Below, piece by piece: positions 53,258-62,479 of a DNA stretch of 64,000 bases (position 1 is its first letter; each line of letters begins with the position of its first letter). The notes under the pieces were generated by a model. That model was given only the letters and a program-made list of their open reading frames with translations, ran no database searches and was not told the origin of the DNA. The position numbers were made by a program, and so were the translations under genes. This stretch comes from Candidatus Multivorans sp. (GTDB taxonomy: Bacteria; Acidobacteriota; Thermoanaerobaculia; Multivoradales; Multivoraceae): contig OZ242353.1 in assembly GCA_965208755.1 (NCBI GenBank), positions 1,427,772 through 1,491,771 of the forward strand, read 5' to 3'.

Positions 53258-55783
53258 GTGGTCGCAGTTGTAGCCGACGACGTCGATCGTCACCGCTACT
53301 CCCTTGAGTACCGCCTCGTTCGCGCAGACTCTCTCGGCACCTGGACTGAAGTGCTCGATCAGGCCCTTTCCGGGCCACCCGCCCAGTTCCTTCTTACCGA
53401 AGCGCGGCCCTTCATCAGAGATCTCACCCAACGAGTGAGTGCAGCCGACTGGCGCCACAGCGCCGTCGAGTGCCTAGCAACAGCAGCCAGAGCAGTAGGT
53501 GTCGAGTACCGGCTGCCCCACAAGGTGGCCTTGCGGGAGTTCTTCCACCTCGGCGTGCGTTTGCGAAACCGGAGCCGCGCGCACGGCGCCCCAACGGCCG
53601 CCCAATACAGCGCCGCCTGCCTACCCCTTGCCCAAGCCTTAGACCTAGTCGTGGACCGGACCGAGCTCTTCCAGCTACCTTGGGTACACCTTCATCGCAA
53701 CCTCTCCGGCAAGTACCGCGTCTCGCCCTTGTTGAACTCTTCGTCGGCGTTTGACTACTTGAAGCGCACCGCCACCGAGCACCACGCCAACGGTGTGTAC
53801 ATCGGACTCAATTCCGACGGCCGGCCAGCTCGTCCACTCGCGGTGAGGTTGATCTTCACCGACCCTAATCTCCTTGAGATCCGCCTTCCCAACGGGAACT
53901 TCAAGAACGATCAGTTCGAAGTCCTATCCTATGTCAGCAATACAGACGAGCGTCAAGATGGATCCCTTTGGACTGTGCCGCCAAGTCGGCTCCCCAAGAG
54001 CGAAACGGAGGGCGGAGCGACCCTCGAACCCCTCGGAAGCATCTTCGCCAACGTCCCACCTCAAGATCGCACCTACATCCGGCGCCCGACGCTTGAACGA
54101 CAAATCCGTGATGAACTCAAGGAAGTCAGCAGACATCGCATCCTGACACTGACCGGACCGGGCGGCATCGGAAAGACGAGCGTCGCGATAGCCGCCATAC
54201 GGGACTTGTCCCAGACACACGACCCGCCGTATGACACCGTCCTCTGGATTAGCGCCAGAGATGTAGATCTTCTTGAGGCCGGCCCTAAGCCCGTCACTCA
54301 GGCCGTCTTGTCGCAAGATGATATCTCCCGCCTAGCGGTGGAGCGCCTAGAGCCACGTCAACGACACGACTCCGATTTCTCTCCTCAGAGCTTCTTTGAG
54401 GAGTGTCTTCGCAAAGGTGGAGCGGGTCCGACGCTGTTCGTTCTGGACAACTTCGAGACCATACAAGACCCCGCCGACACCTTCAGATGGCTAGACGCTC
54501 ACATCCGCTCACCGAACAAGGTGCTGATCACGACCCGCTTCAGGGACTTTCGCGGCGACTACTGGGTAGAAGTGGGTGGTATGTCAGACGATGAAGCCGG
54601 TGCACTTGTGGATCAACACGCCAAATCGCTCGGCGTTTTCAGACTACTGAACCGCAACTACAAGGAAGAGCTTATTCGAGAGTCCGGCGGGCATCCGTAC
54701 GTGCTCAAGATCCTCCTTGGCGAAGTGGCCAAAGAGCAACGCGCCGTGAAGCCGCGACGGGCGGTGGCGACTGCGGACCGCCATCTTGGCGCCCTGTTCA
54801 AGCGGACCTTTGACGCACTAAGCCCCGCAGGCCAGCGCGTCTTCTTGCTCCTCTGCAGTTGGCGTGCCGTCGTGCCAGAGATCGCCATCGAAGCCGTTTC
54901 GCTTCGTCCGGGCACCGAGCGCTTCGACGTGTCCCGCGCTCTAGATGAACTTCGAAGGTTCTCCCTTGTTGAGTACCTTGAGCCAGAAGTCGAAGAAGCA
55001 GACTCCGATGCAGCTGCGTTTGTGGCCGTCCCGATGGCGGCCGCCATTTTCGGACGGAGCGAACTGAAAGTCAGCACCTTTAGAGTCGCGATTGAGGAGG
55101 ACCGCAAGATCCTCATGGAGTTTGGGCCGGGTCGAGCAGAGGACGTCCGCCGCGGAGTCCTTCCTCGTATTGAGAGTCTCTACCAGACTGTGGCCAGAAG
55201 AGCGGACGACACTCCAGAGACCCTTGAGCAGTACCTGCCGGTTCTGGAGTATCTGGCCTCCAGAGTACCCCAAGCGTACCGACGTCTAGCTGTCCTAGTG
55301 AGCGAAGTTAGCCACAGCGATCTGGCAGTCGAACGAGCCAAGGGCTACTTGAGGAGTTTCCTGAGATCTGCCGATGTAGCGGAACTGCTAGATGGATGGT
55401 TACAGTTGGCGGACCTTTGTGCTGCGAGCGGCGACGCGCTGGGCGAGGTCCATGCCCTGTGCGAGGCGGCCCTTCTTCCCACATCCGGAAAGGAGGACGT
55501 TGGGCGGCTGGCGAACCGACTCAATCAGCGCGTCCGTGATCTCAAGGAACGGAACATCGAGACCGCGTGGTCAGGGGAAGTTCGCGAGCTACTTGGCCGC
55601 GTGATCGAGAAGATGGAGAAGGAACTCGGCGTGCTTTCGGCGACTGACTGTTCTCGCTTGGCGTGGCTCTATCTCAACGTGGGAAACTCCGATCGGGCAC
55701 TCTCCGTCGCCAGGATTGGAGCCCGGCGCGAGCCAACCAACGAGCATTGCCAGAACCTCCTCCGAAGGCTCCAGGGCCTATAG
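53258..55783 (+). CDS. STAND (NB-ARC-like) P-loop NTPase with unrecognised N-terminal domain and C-terminal helical repeat region; candidate antiviral STAND/NLR-like defence protein
   Basis: Walker A 'LTLTGPGGIGKTSVA', Walker B 'LFVLDNFE', NB-ARC GxP-like 'SGGHPYVLKILL', then about 300 aa of helical repeats. The N-terminal region has 'FFHLGVRLRNRSRAHGAP' (RNxxxHG, HEPN-like). The frame is open about 320 nt upstream (to a stop near 52935) without ATG/GTG/TTG. GC is lower than in the flanks. Confidence 0.6.
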   Translation: MVAVVADDVDRHRYSLEYRLVRADSLGTWTEVLDQALSGPPAQFLLTEARPFIRDLTQRVSAADWRHSAVECLATAARAVGVEYRLPHKVALREFFHLGVRLRNRSRAHGAPTAAQYSAACLPLAQALDLVVDRTELFQLPWVHLHRNLSGKYRVSPLLNSSSAFDYLKRTATEHHANGVYIGLNSDGRPARPLAVRLIFTDPNLLEIRLPNGNFKNDQFEVLSYVSNTDERQDGSLWTVPPSRLPKSETEGGATLEPLGSIFANVPPQDRTYIRRPTLERQIRDELKEVSRHRILTLTGPGGIGKTSVAIAAIRDLSQTHDPPYDTVLWISARDVDLLEAGPKPVTQAVLSQDDISRLAVERLEPRQRHDSDFSPQSFFEECLRKGGAGPTLFVLDNFETIQDPADTFRWLDAHIRSPNKVLITTRFRDFRGDYWVEVGGMSDDEAGALVDQHAKSLGVFRLLNRNYKEELIRESGGHPYVLKILLGEVAKEQRAVKPRRAVATADRHLGALFKRTFDALSPAGQRVFLLLCSWRAVVPEIAIEAVSLRPGTERFDVSRALDELRRFSLVEYLEPEVEEADSDAAAFVAVPMAAAIFGRSELKVSTFRVAIEEDRKILMEFGPGRAEDVRRGVLPRIESLYQTVARRADDTPETLEQYLPVLEYLASRVPQAYRRLAVLVSEVSHSDLAVERAKGYLRSFLRSADVAELLDGWLQLADLCAASGDALGEVHALCEAALLPTSGKEDVGRLANRLNQRVRDLKERNIETAWSGEVRELLGRVIEKMEKELGVLSATDCSRLAWLYLNVGNSDRALSVARIGARREPTNEHCQNLLRRLQGL

Positions 55784-55924
55784 GAGTCGGTCGGGGGATT
55801 GGTGAGAACGGTCCCGGCATCGTATTGATCCGCGGCTCTCCGGTTGAATAGCCCCGCCACCGCGGCTCGCTCAAGGCTGGCGGGCGAGGAGCCTCTCCGA
55901 CTGTGTAAGCGCACGCGCGGAGGT

Positions 55925-56950
55925 TCAGGCGTACTCGGGCGCGAGATCCTCGCGCAGCCGCTCGAGCAGTTCCTTCGTCTTCACGATGCCTGCATCGGCG
56001 GCCATCGGACCCTCGAACTCGATGCCGACCCAGCCGCGATAGCCGGCGTCGAGGACGATCCGCATCATCTGTGCGTAGTCGGTCGTCGTCTCGTCGCCGT
56101 TCTCGTCGAAGCGGTAGCTCTTGGCGCTGACGGCGCGGGCGAAGGGCATCAGCTCGGTGACGCCCTGGTACCTGTCGTACCACTCTTCGGGCTCCTCGGA
56201 GACCCGGAAGTTGCCGAAGTCGGGCAGGGATCCGATGCGGGGGTGATCGACCATGGCGAGCGTGCCTGCCAGCCACTCGCCGTTGCTCGAGATGCCGCCG
56301 TGGTTCTCGACCAGGACGTCGATGTCATAGCCGTCGGCGTACTCGCACAACTGGCGCAGGCCGTCCGCCGCCAGCTTCTGCTGCTCCTCGAAGGACCCCG
56401 CGCTGGCGGCGTTGACCCGCACCGAGTGGCAGCCGAGGAAGGCGGCCGCCTCGACCCACTTGTGGTGGTTCTCGACCGTCTGGGCCCGCTCCGCCGCGTC
56501 CGGAGCACCGATCGATCCCTCCGCGTCGCACATGATGAGCAGACTCGTCACACCCTCGCCGTCGCAGCGCGACTTGAGGTCGGCCAGGTACTCCTGGTCG
56601 CGGGCGCGGTCGAAGAAGAAGGTGTTCACGTACTCCACGGCTTCGATGCCCAGGCCGCGGGCGCGGGCCGGGAAGTCCAGGTGATCGAGTTCGCCCTGGT
56701 AGAGCGAGCGCGGGTCGGTCTGGAGGACCTCGCCGAAGGAGCCGTCGGCCAGGGCACTCAGCGACGGCCCGAACAGCTCGCGGAAGTAGGACCACTCGGC
56801 CAGCGAGATGCGGTAGAGGGGCTCGACCGTGGCCTCGGCGGCCGGCGTCGCCTCTTCTCCGGAACCGGCGTCGCCCTCCGTGCAGCCGGCAGCGGCAGCG
56901 GCGCCCAGCACGGCGCCGGTTTGCAGAAAACGTCTGCGGTCGATCTTCAT
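55925..56950 (-). CDS. Sugar phosphate isomerase/epimerase (xylose-isomerase-like TIM barrel) with Tat signal
   Basis: 'MKIDRRRFLQTGAVLGAAAAAGC' Tat/lipobox; 'VLVENHGG' motif of the AP-endonuclease-2/TIM family. Confidence 0.6.
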   Translation of the reverse strand: MKIDRRRFLQTGAVLGAAAAAGCTEGDAGSGEEATPAAEATVEPLYRISLAEWSYFRELFGPSLSALADGSFGEVLQTDPRSLYQGELDHLDFPARARGLGIEAVEYVNTFFFDRARDQEYLADLKSRCDGEGVTSLLIMCDAEGSIGAPDAAERAQTVENHHKWVEAAAFLGCHSVRVNAASAGSFEEQQKLAADGLRQLCEYADGYDIDVLVENHGGISSNGEWLAGTLAMVDHPRIGSLPDFGNFRVSEEPEEWYDRYQGVTELMPFARAVSAKSYRFDENGDETTTDYAQMMRIVLDAGYRGWVGIEFEGPMAADAGIVKTKELLERLREDLAPEYA

Positions 56951-57024
56951 CCGGGCAGTGTAGCGCGCCACGAAACCTCTACGCCTGATCTCCGTAGTCC
57001 TGAGGCAGGAGGAGTGCAACTCGA

Positions 57025-57303
57025 AATGGAAGTCCTGACCATCCTGACTCTCGGGGCGATCGCCCTCGGACTGCTTGCCGTTTTCGCCGTCGTCGCCTTC
57101 GTCGCGAAGATCGCGTTCAAGCTGGTGCTGCTGCCGTTCAAGATCATCGGTTTCATCGCCGCGACCCTGCTGGCCGCGGTCCTGATTCCGATCGCCATCG
57201 TGGCCCTTCCGGTGACGATCGCCGTCGGCGTCGTGCTGCTGGTCGTCGGCGGTCTGGTGGCCGCCGTCTGCGCCGGCTTCGGTCTGCTGAGCGCGATCTT
57301 CTA
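57025..57303 (+). CDS. Small hydrophobic membrane protein (92 aa)
   Basis: ATG preceded by AGGAGGAG; three predicted TM helices; no homology recognised. Confidence 0.4.
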
Positions 57304-58695
57304 ACGCACCAGGTGCCACTCGGTCTGGCGGCCCGCCAGGTAGAGCACCTGCTCGCCGTCGTAGACGGCGCTCTGCTCCAGCTTGATCTGGACGTCCTGG
57401 CCGCCCCACATCTCGAGCTCGACCTTGACGTTGCCCTCGATCGCGTAGGCGGTGTCCGGGTACAGCGGCCAGTCGCCCCGGATCGGCGTCGGTCCCTGGT
57501 TGTCCCACATGCCGATCGTCGGCCCCGGCGCGTGGCCGAACACGCCGAGCGGATGGGTGTAGGTGCTGGAACGGAGACCCTCGTCCGTGGCGACCGAGAT
57601 CGTCGCGGCCAGGATCTCGTTGCCGGTGCGGCCGGTCCGGAACTCGCCGGTGAGGATGTCCTGCCAGCGGTTGCCGGCGGCGAGAGCCTCCTGTAGCTCC
57701 GCCGGAGCTTCACTCTCGCCCAGACGCAGCACGTAGCCCATCTCCTGGGTGTCGGTACACAGTCCGACGTAGCAGATGCCGACGTCGGTATGCAGGACGT
57801 CGCCGCGCTGGATCACGAATTCGCCGCTACCGCCGCAGAAGGGCTCGCCCGGGTCGCAGGCCTCGTCCTCGTCCGACGCCCGGCGCTGGGCGTTGACGGA
57901 GGGCAGGAACCAGATATCGAGACCGAGATCCTCGAACCGCTGGGCGATGTACCAGACGACATCGTCCGTGGTCGTGGCGCCCGCGGTGATCACCCGCTCC
58001 GAGAACGCCTCCGCAATCACGCCGCGGGCCAGGGAGACGATCTGCGGATAGGCCTCCATCTGCAGCGGACTGCGGGTCTCGATCCAGCGGACGACCAGCT
58101 CCTCGGCGCTGGTCAACCGCTCCTTGAGTTCGGGCGTGAGCACCTCCAGCAGCCGCTCGTGGAGCGCCGCCGAGAGACCGTCCGCGACGGGCCAGTGGCG
58201 CGAGACGTTGACGCCGATTCGCTTCGGATCGCGGGCGGTGATCACTTCGCCCAGTCCCAGCCACTGTTCCTCCAGATCGCCGCCCTCCCAGGCCGACTCG
58301 TACAGCGCGTCGTACGGGTAGCGGTTCACCGTCAGGAGTTCGATGCCGCCGTTGTCCGGCCCGCGGTCGAAGAACACGAGCATCGTCGTCCGCCGGGCGG
58401 CGAAGACGGGTCGCGGCACCAGGCTGAAGAACACCGGGTCCTCGTTGTACTCCCGGTTGATGACCAGCCACATGTCGATCCCGGTCTCGCGCATCAGCCG
58501 CGGCAGGAGCTCGTTCAGCCGCTCCTCGAGCATGCGGTTGAAGGGCTCCACGCGGTCCCGATGCGGGAGCACGTGGCCGGGGCCGTCGAGTACCCGTCCC
58601 TGTCCGAAGTTGGCCCTCTGGGCGAGAACGGGCGTAGCGGCCAGCGCGAACAAACCGAACGCCGCGATCAGCCGGCGTGCATGGGATCGCTTCAT
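57301..58695 (-). CDS. M24-family metallopeptidase (Xaa-Pro aminopeptidase/creatinase fold), secreted
   Basis: Signal peptide; pita-bread region 'GDVLHTDVGICYVGLCTD..', 'HPLGVFGHAPGP'. Confidence 0.65.
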   Translation of the reverse strand: MKRSHARRLIAAFGLFALAATPVLAQRANFGQGRVLDGPGHVLPHRDRVEPFNRMLEERLNELLPRLMRETGIDMWLVINREYNEDPVFFSLVPRPVFAARRTTMLVFFDRGPDNGGIELLTVNRYPYDALYESAWEGGDLEEQWLGLGEVITARDPKRIGVNVSRHWPVADGLSAALHERLLEVLTPELKERLTSAEELVVRWIETRSPLQMEAYPQIVSLARGVIAEAFSERVITAGATTTDDVVWYIAQRFEDLGLDIWFLPSVNAQRRASDEDEACDPGEPFCGGSGEFVIQRGDVLHTDVGICYVGLCTDTQEMGYVLRLGESEAPAELQEALAAGNRWQDILTGEFRTGRTGNEILAATISVATDEGLRSSTYTHPLGVFGHAPGPTIGMWDNQGPTPIRGDWPLYPDTAYAIEGNVKVELEMWGGQDVQIKLEQSAVYDGEQVLYLAGRQTEWHLVR

Positions 58696-59834
58696 GTCTC
58701 CAGTACCTCCAGGTGCCCCGAGAGGACGGCCTTCCGGGCCGTCTCGAGCAGACCGCAGCGAAAGCCGCTCTCCGGGCCGGAAAGCTCAGCCGCCTCGAGC
58801 GGCAGTTGGCCACCGCCGATCAGCCGGCGGACGATCTCGACTCCGGCGTAGCGGGCGATCAGCTCCCGGTCGACGCCGGATTCGCAGTCTTCGGCCTCCT
58901 CCGAGCCGACGGCCGCCGACAGAAACGCCGCGACGACCTCCTCCGGCTGCCGGGCGAGCAGCAGATGGGCAAGCCCGGTGCCGATGTCGAACTCCGCATC
59001 GCCCCAGCCACCGTACTGCGGGTCCACGACGCGAACGCCGCCGTCCGGCAGGAGCAGCCAGTTGGCGGGATGAAACGCGCCGTGAACCAGGCAGGCGCCG
59101 GCGCCGAGGAAGCGGCCGCCCAGCTTCGACACGGCCTCCCTGAACGCACGATCCGACCGCAGGGCCGCCGCCGCCTCGCCCAGTCCCGGTTCGGTCACGT
59201 CGAGGGCGGCATCGCCTGGCGCCGAACCGTCAGGTCCGACGCCATCGCCGCCCGCCATCACCGAAGCGAACGGCGTCTCGAACAGCAGCCGGTGGTTCAG
59301 GGCCTTCATGCCCGTGCTCGCAAGGTCCGGCTCCTCCCCGCCGCGCGTCCCGAGGCGAAGAGCCCGAAGGAACGCACCCAGGGCCTGCGCCGCCTCATCG
59401 GCAAGCGAGCCGCCCCGGTAGATCGACGCGAGATTCGAGGCGCCGCGGAAGTCCTCGAGCAGTAACAGGGACCTCGCTTCGTTGGCCGCCATCAGACGCG
59501 GCATGTGAGCCGCGGCCTCGGGTACACGAGCTACCTCCGCATAGAACGCGCGCTCGCCGTGCCAGCGACCCGACGGCATCGCGACGGATTCGTCACGCCG
59601 CAGCCAGGGAAGCGACTGCTTCAGGACCGCGGTGCGCCACCCTCCGCGCAGTTCCTGGAGCTCGACCCGCATCACGGTGCTCGACTCGCCGCCGAGGGAG
59701 GCGCAGGTCGTGACCTGCTCCTCGTCGCCCAACCAGCCAACCGCACCCATCACCAGGTCCACCCGACCCGCCTGGTCGGCCGACAGGACGTGAACTTCCG
59801 GGTGCTCAGCCTCGAACTCGGCCCGCCGGCTCAT
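58692..59834 (-). CDS. Phosphotransferase family protein (APH/choline-kinase-like)
   Basis: 'CLVHGAFHPANWLL' (HGD-x-xN Brenner motif with the catalytic Asp replaced by Ala) and 'VVDPQYGGWGDAEFDIG' (DxxxD-like). Confidence 0.55.
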   Translation of the reverse strand: MSRRAEFEAEHPEVHVLSADQAGRVDLVMGAVGWLGDEEQVTTCASLGGESSTVMRVELQELRGGWRTAVLKQSLPWLRRDESVAMPSGRWHGERAFYAEVARVPEAAAHMPRLMAANEARSLLLLEDFRGASNLASIYRGGSLADEAAQALGAFLRALRLGTRGGEEPDLASTGMKALNHRLLFETPFASVMAGGDGVGPDGSAPGDAALDVTEPGLGEAAAALRSDRAFREAVSKLGGRFLGAGACLVHGAFHPANWLLLPDGGVRVVDPQYGGWGDAEFDIGTGLAHLLLARQPEEVVAAFLSAAVGSEEAEDCESGVDRELIARYAGVEIVRRLIGGGQLPLEAAELSGPESGFRCGLLETARKAVLSGHLEVLET

Positions 59835-59954
59835 CGGCGCAAGCTATCACCGGGCACCTGGGTGGCGCGTCCTCGCGTCACCCGCGTCAAGGTCCGAGCG
59901 CCCGCCTTCGGGCGGTCGGATGTCGGACCGCCATATGCTTGCCCTGAGGACGCC

Positions 59955-60800
59955 ATGAACCGGACCGACCGCGAACGATTCGAGGCCACCGGACTGGTCA
60001 AGTTGCCCGGGCTTCTCCCGGACGAACTGACCAGCCGCGCGCTGAAGCTCGTCTACCAGAAGTCGGAGGAGGCGGGAGTCCGCCGGAACGGCGTCTGGCT
60101 GCTGGACCAACTGACCGACGAGCCTGTCCAGCGCCACAACAAGCGCCTGCTCGAGGGAATACGACATGCCCGGGTGCTGGCCGACCTGGTGACCCCGGAA
60201 CTCGAGGCGGCGGTCGAGGCGGCGGCGGGCGGCCCGATCAGGCCGCTGCTGAAGTGGCCGCAGCTCCTCTTCTCGTTCCCCGAGCCGGGCGCCTGGTCCC
60301 TGCCCGAGATCGCCTGGCATGTCGACCTGCCGAAGCTGCCCAATCGCCGGACCGTGCCCGGCGTGCAGGCGTTCGCGATGCTCGACACGGTCGAGGCGGG
60401 TGGCGGCGGAACGGTCGTCGTCCAGGGCGCTCACCGGCTCCTGTACGACATTCCGTGGCTCGGTTCCCGGCAGATCACGGAACGCCTTCGCCGGGAGAGC
60501 TACTTCCGGGAACTCATGTCGAAGCGGGTGAAGGCCCGAGGCCGGTTCCTGCGTGACGCCGTGCGCTGCGGCGATGCCGACCTCCAGGTCGTCGAGCTGA
60601 CCGGCAAGCGCGGCGACGTCTACCTGATCGACATGCGTCTGCTGCACTCACCCGCTCCGAACGTGTCGGCAGCGCCGAGGATCATGTGGACCCAGCGCTT
60701 CCTGACCGAGGCCACCCACGACGACATGACCGCCCTGTTCGCCAGGATGCGGGCCGGATACGGAGCGGCCGGCGAAGCGACCGCGGCAGCCCCTTCGTAA
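59955..60800 (+). CDS. Phytanoyl-CoA dioxygenase (PhyH) family protein
   Basis: 'IAWHVDLPK' (H-x-D) with a distal His in 'LLHSPAPN'; about 280 aa. Confidence 0.55.
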   Translation: MNRTDRERFEATGLVKLPGLLPDELTSRALKLVYQKSEEAGVRRNGVWLLDQLTDEPVQRHNKRLLEGIRHARVLADLVTPELEAAVEAAAGGPIRPLLKWPQLLFSFPEPGAWSLPEIAWHVDLPKLPNRRTVPGVQAFAMLDTVEAGGGGTVVVQGAHRLLYDIPWLGSRQITERLRRESYFRELMSKRVKARGRFLRDAVRCGDADLQVVELTGKRGDVYLIDMRLLHSPAPNVSAAPRIMWTQRFLTEATHDDMTALFARMRAGYGAAGEATAAAPS

Positions 60801-60807
60801 CAACGAA

Positions 60808-61551
60808 GTGCCCGGCGAACGACAGGTGCTGAGGATCGCGATGTGGTCCGGCCCCCGGAACATCTCGACCGCGATGCTGCGTGCCTGGGGGAACCGCGAC
60901 GACACCTTCGTGTGCGACGAGCCGCTCTACGCGAACTACCTGCTCGAGCACGGGCTCGACCACCCCGGCCGGGACGAGATCCTCGCCCACCACGACAGTG
61001 ACCTGGAGCGCGTCGTCCACTGGCTGACGGAGGACACGTCCTTTGACCGCACGGTCTTCTACCAGAAGCACATGGCGCACCACCTGTTGCCGGAAACGGA
61101 CCGGTCCTGGGTGGCGAAGCTCATCAACGTCTTCCTGATCCGCGATCCGGCGGAGATGCTGACGTCGCTGATCCACATCCTCCCGGAACCGAAGCTGTCC
61201 GATACCGGCCTTCCCCAGCAGCGGGAGCTCTTCGACCTGGAATGCGAGCGGCTCGGCCGGGCCCCGGCTGTCATCGACTCGGCCGATATGTTGCGGAACC
61301 CGCGCACGGGCCTCGGGTGTCTATGCCGCGCGGTCGGCGCCGACTTCGACGAAGCGATGCTGAACTGGCCGCCCGGCCGCCGCGAGACGGACGGCATCTG
61401 GGCGCCGCACTGGTACGGTGCGGTCGAGAAGAGCACCGGCTTCGCGCCGTACCGTCCCAAGAACGAGCCGGTTCCGGAGTTCCTTGCCGGTGTGCTCGAG
61501 GAGTGCCAGGAGCACTACCATCACCTGGCCACGCACCGCCTGCTCTTCTGA
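60808..61551 (+). CDS. Sulfotransferase-family-like protein
   Basis: 'MWSGPRNISTAMLRAW' resembles a PAPS 5'-phosphosulfate-binding loop; weak. Confidence 0.4.
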   Translation: MPGERQVLRIAMWSGPRNISTAMLRAWGNRDDTFVCDEPLYANYLLEHGLDHPGRDEILAHHDSDLERVVHWLTEDTSFDRTVFYQKHMAHHLLPETDRSWVAKLINVFLIRDPAEMLTSLIHILPEPKLSDTGLPQQRELFDLECERLGRAPAVIDSADMLRNPRTGLGCLCRAVGADFDEAMLNWPPGRRETDGIWAPHWYGAVEKSTGFAPYRPKNEPVPEFLAGVLEECQEHYHHLATHRLLF

Positions 61552-61579
61552 GCCGCCCCCAACCGCCAGCGAACCCGTC

Positions 61580-62479
61580 ATGCTCCAGAAGGCCGACCCC
61601 AGAAACCGGGACCTGCTGATCAACATCAACGGCGAGCTGATTCACCGCGATCAGGCGGGGATCAGCCCCTTCGATTCCGCCGTTCAGGGCGGCGACGCCG
61701 TCTGGGAGGGGCTGCGCCTGTACGACGGCCGCATCTTCAGGCTCGAGCAGCACCTGGACCGTCTCCGCCACTCGGCGCTGGCGCTGGCCTTCGAGGAGAT
61801 CCCACAGCAAGAGGAGCTCATCGAGGAGATCCGCCGCACCCTGGAGGCGAACGGGATGCGGGACGACGTCCACATCCGCCTGACCCTGACCAGGGGCGTC
61901 AAGATCACCTCCGGCATGGACCCGCGGCTCAACACAGCCGGGCCCACGCTGATCGTCCTCGCCGAGCACAAGCCGCCGGTCTACGGCTCAGAGGCCATCC
62001 GGCTGATGACGTCCTCGATCCGCCGCTTTCCGCCCGACTGCATGGATCCGAAGATCCACCACAACAACCTGATCCAGTCGATCCTGGCCAAGATCGAGGC
62101 GAACGCCGCGGGCGCCGACGACGCCCTGATGCTCGACCGCCAGGGCTTCGTGGCGGAAACGAACGCCACCCACGTCTTCCTGGTGCGCGACGGGGTCGTG
62201 GTGACCAGCCATTGCCACGCCTGCCCCGAGGGCGTGACCCGCTCGACCGTGCTCGAACTCTGCCGGAACAACGGCATCCCCCATGAAGTCGCCGACTTCA
62301 CGCAGGCCGAGCTCTACCGTGCCGACGAGGTCTTCTGCACCGGCACGATGGGCGAACTCGTGGCAGTCGCCGAGGTCGACGGCCGCCCGATCGGCGGCAC
62401 CGAGCGGCCGGTGCTCGAGCGGCTGCAGGGTCTGTTCCGCGAGCTGACCGCCGTGAGCGGCTTTCCCATCCTGGGATGA
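61580..62479 (+). CDS. Class IV PLP aminotransferase (branched-chain/D-amino-acid aminotransferase or ADC lyase family)
   Basis: 'FDSAVQGGDAVWEGLRLYDG', 'EVFCTGTMGELVAV' (fold-type IV). Confidence 0.7.
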   Translation: MLQKADPRNRDLLININGELIHRDQAGISPFDSAVQGGDAVWEGLRLYDGRIFRLEQHLDRLRHSALALAFEEIPQQEELIEEIRRTLEANGMRDDVHIRLTLTRGVKITSGMDPRLNTAGPTLIVLAEHKPPVYGSEAIRLMTSSIRRFPPDCMDPKIHHNNLIQSILAKIEANAAGADDALMLDRQGFVAETNATHVFLVRDGVVVTSHCHACPEGVTRSTVLELCRNNGIPHEVADFTQAELYRADEVFCTGTMGELVAVAEVDGRPIGGTERPVLERLQGLFRELTAVSGFPILG

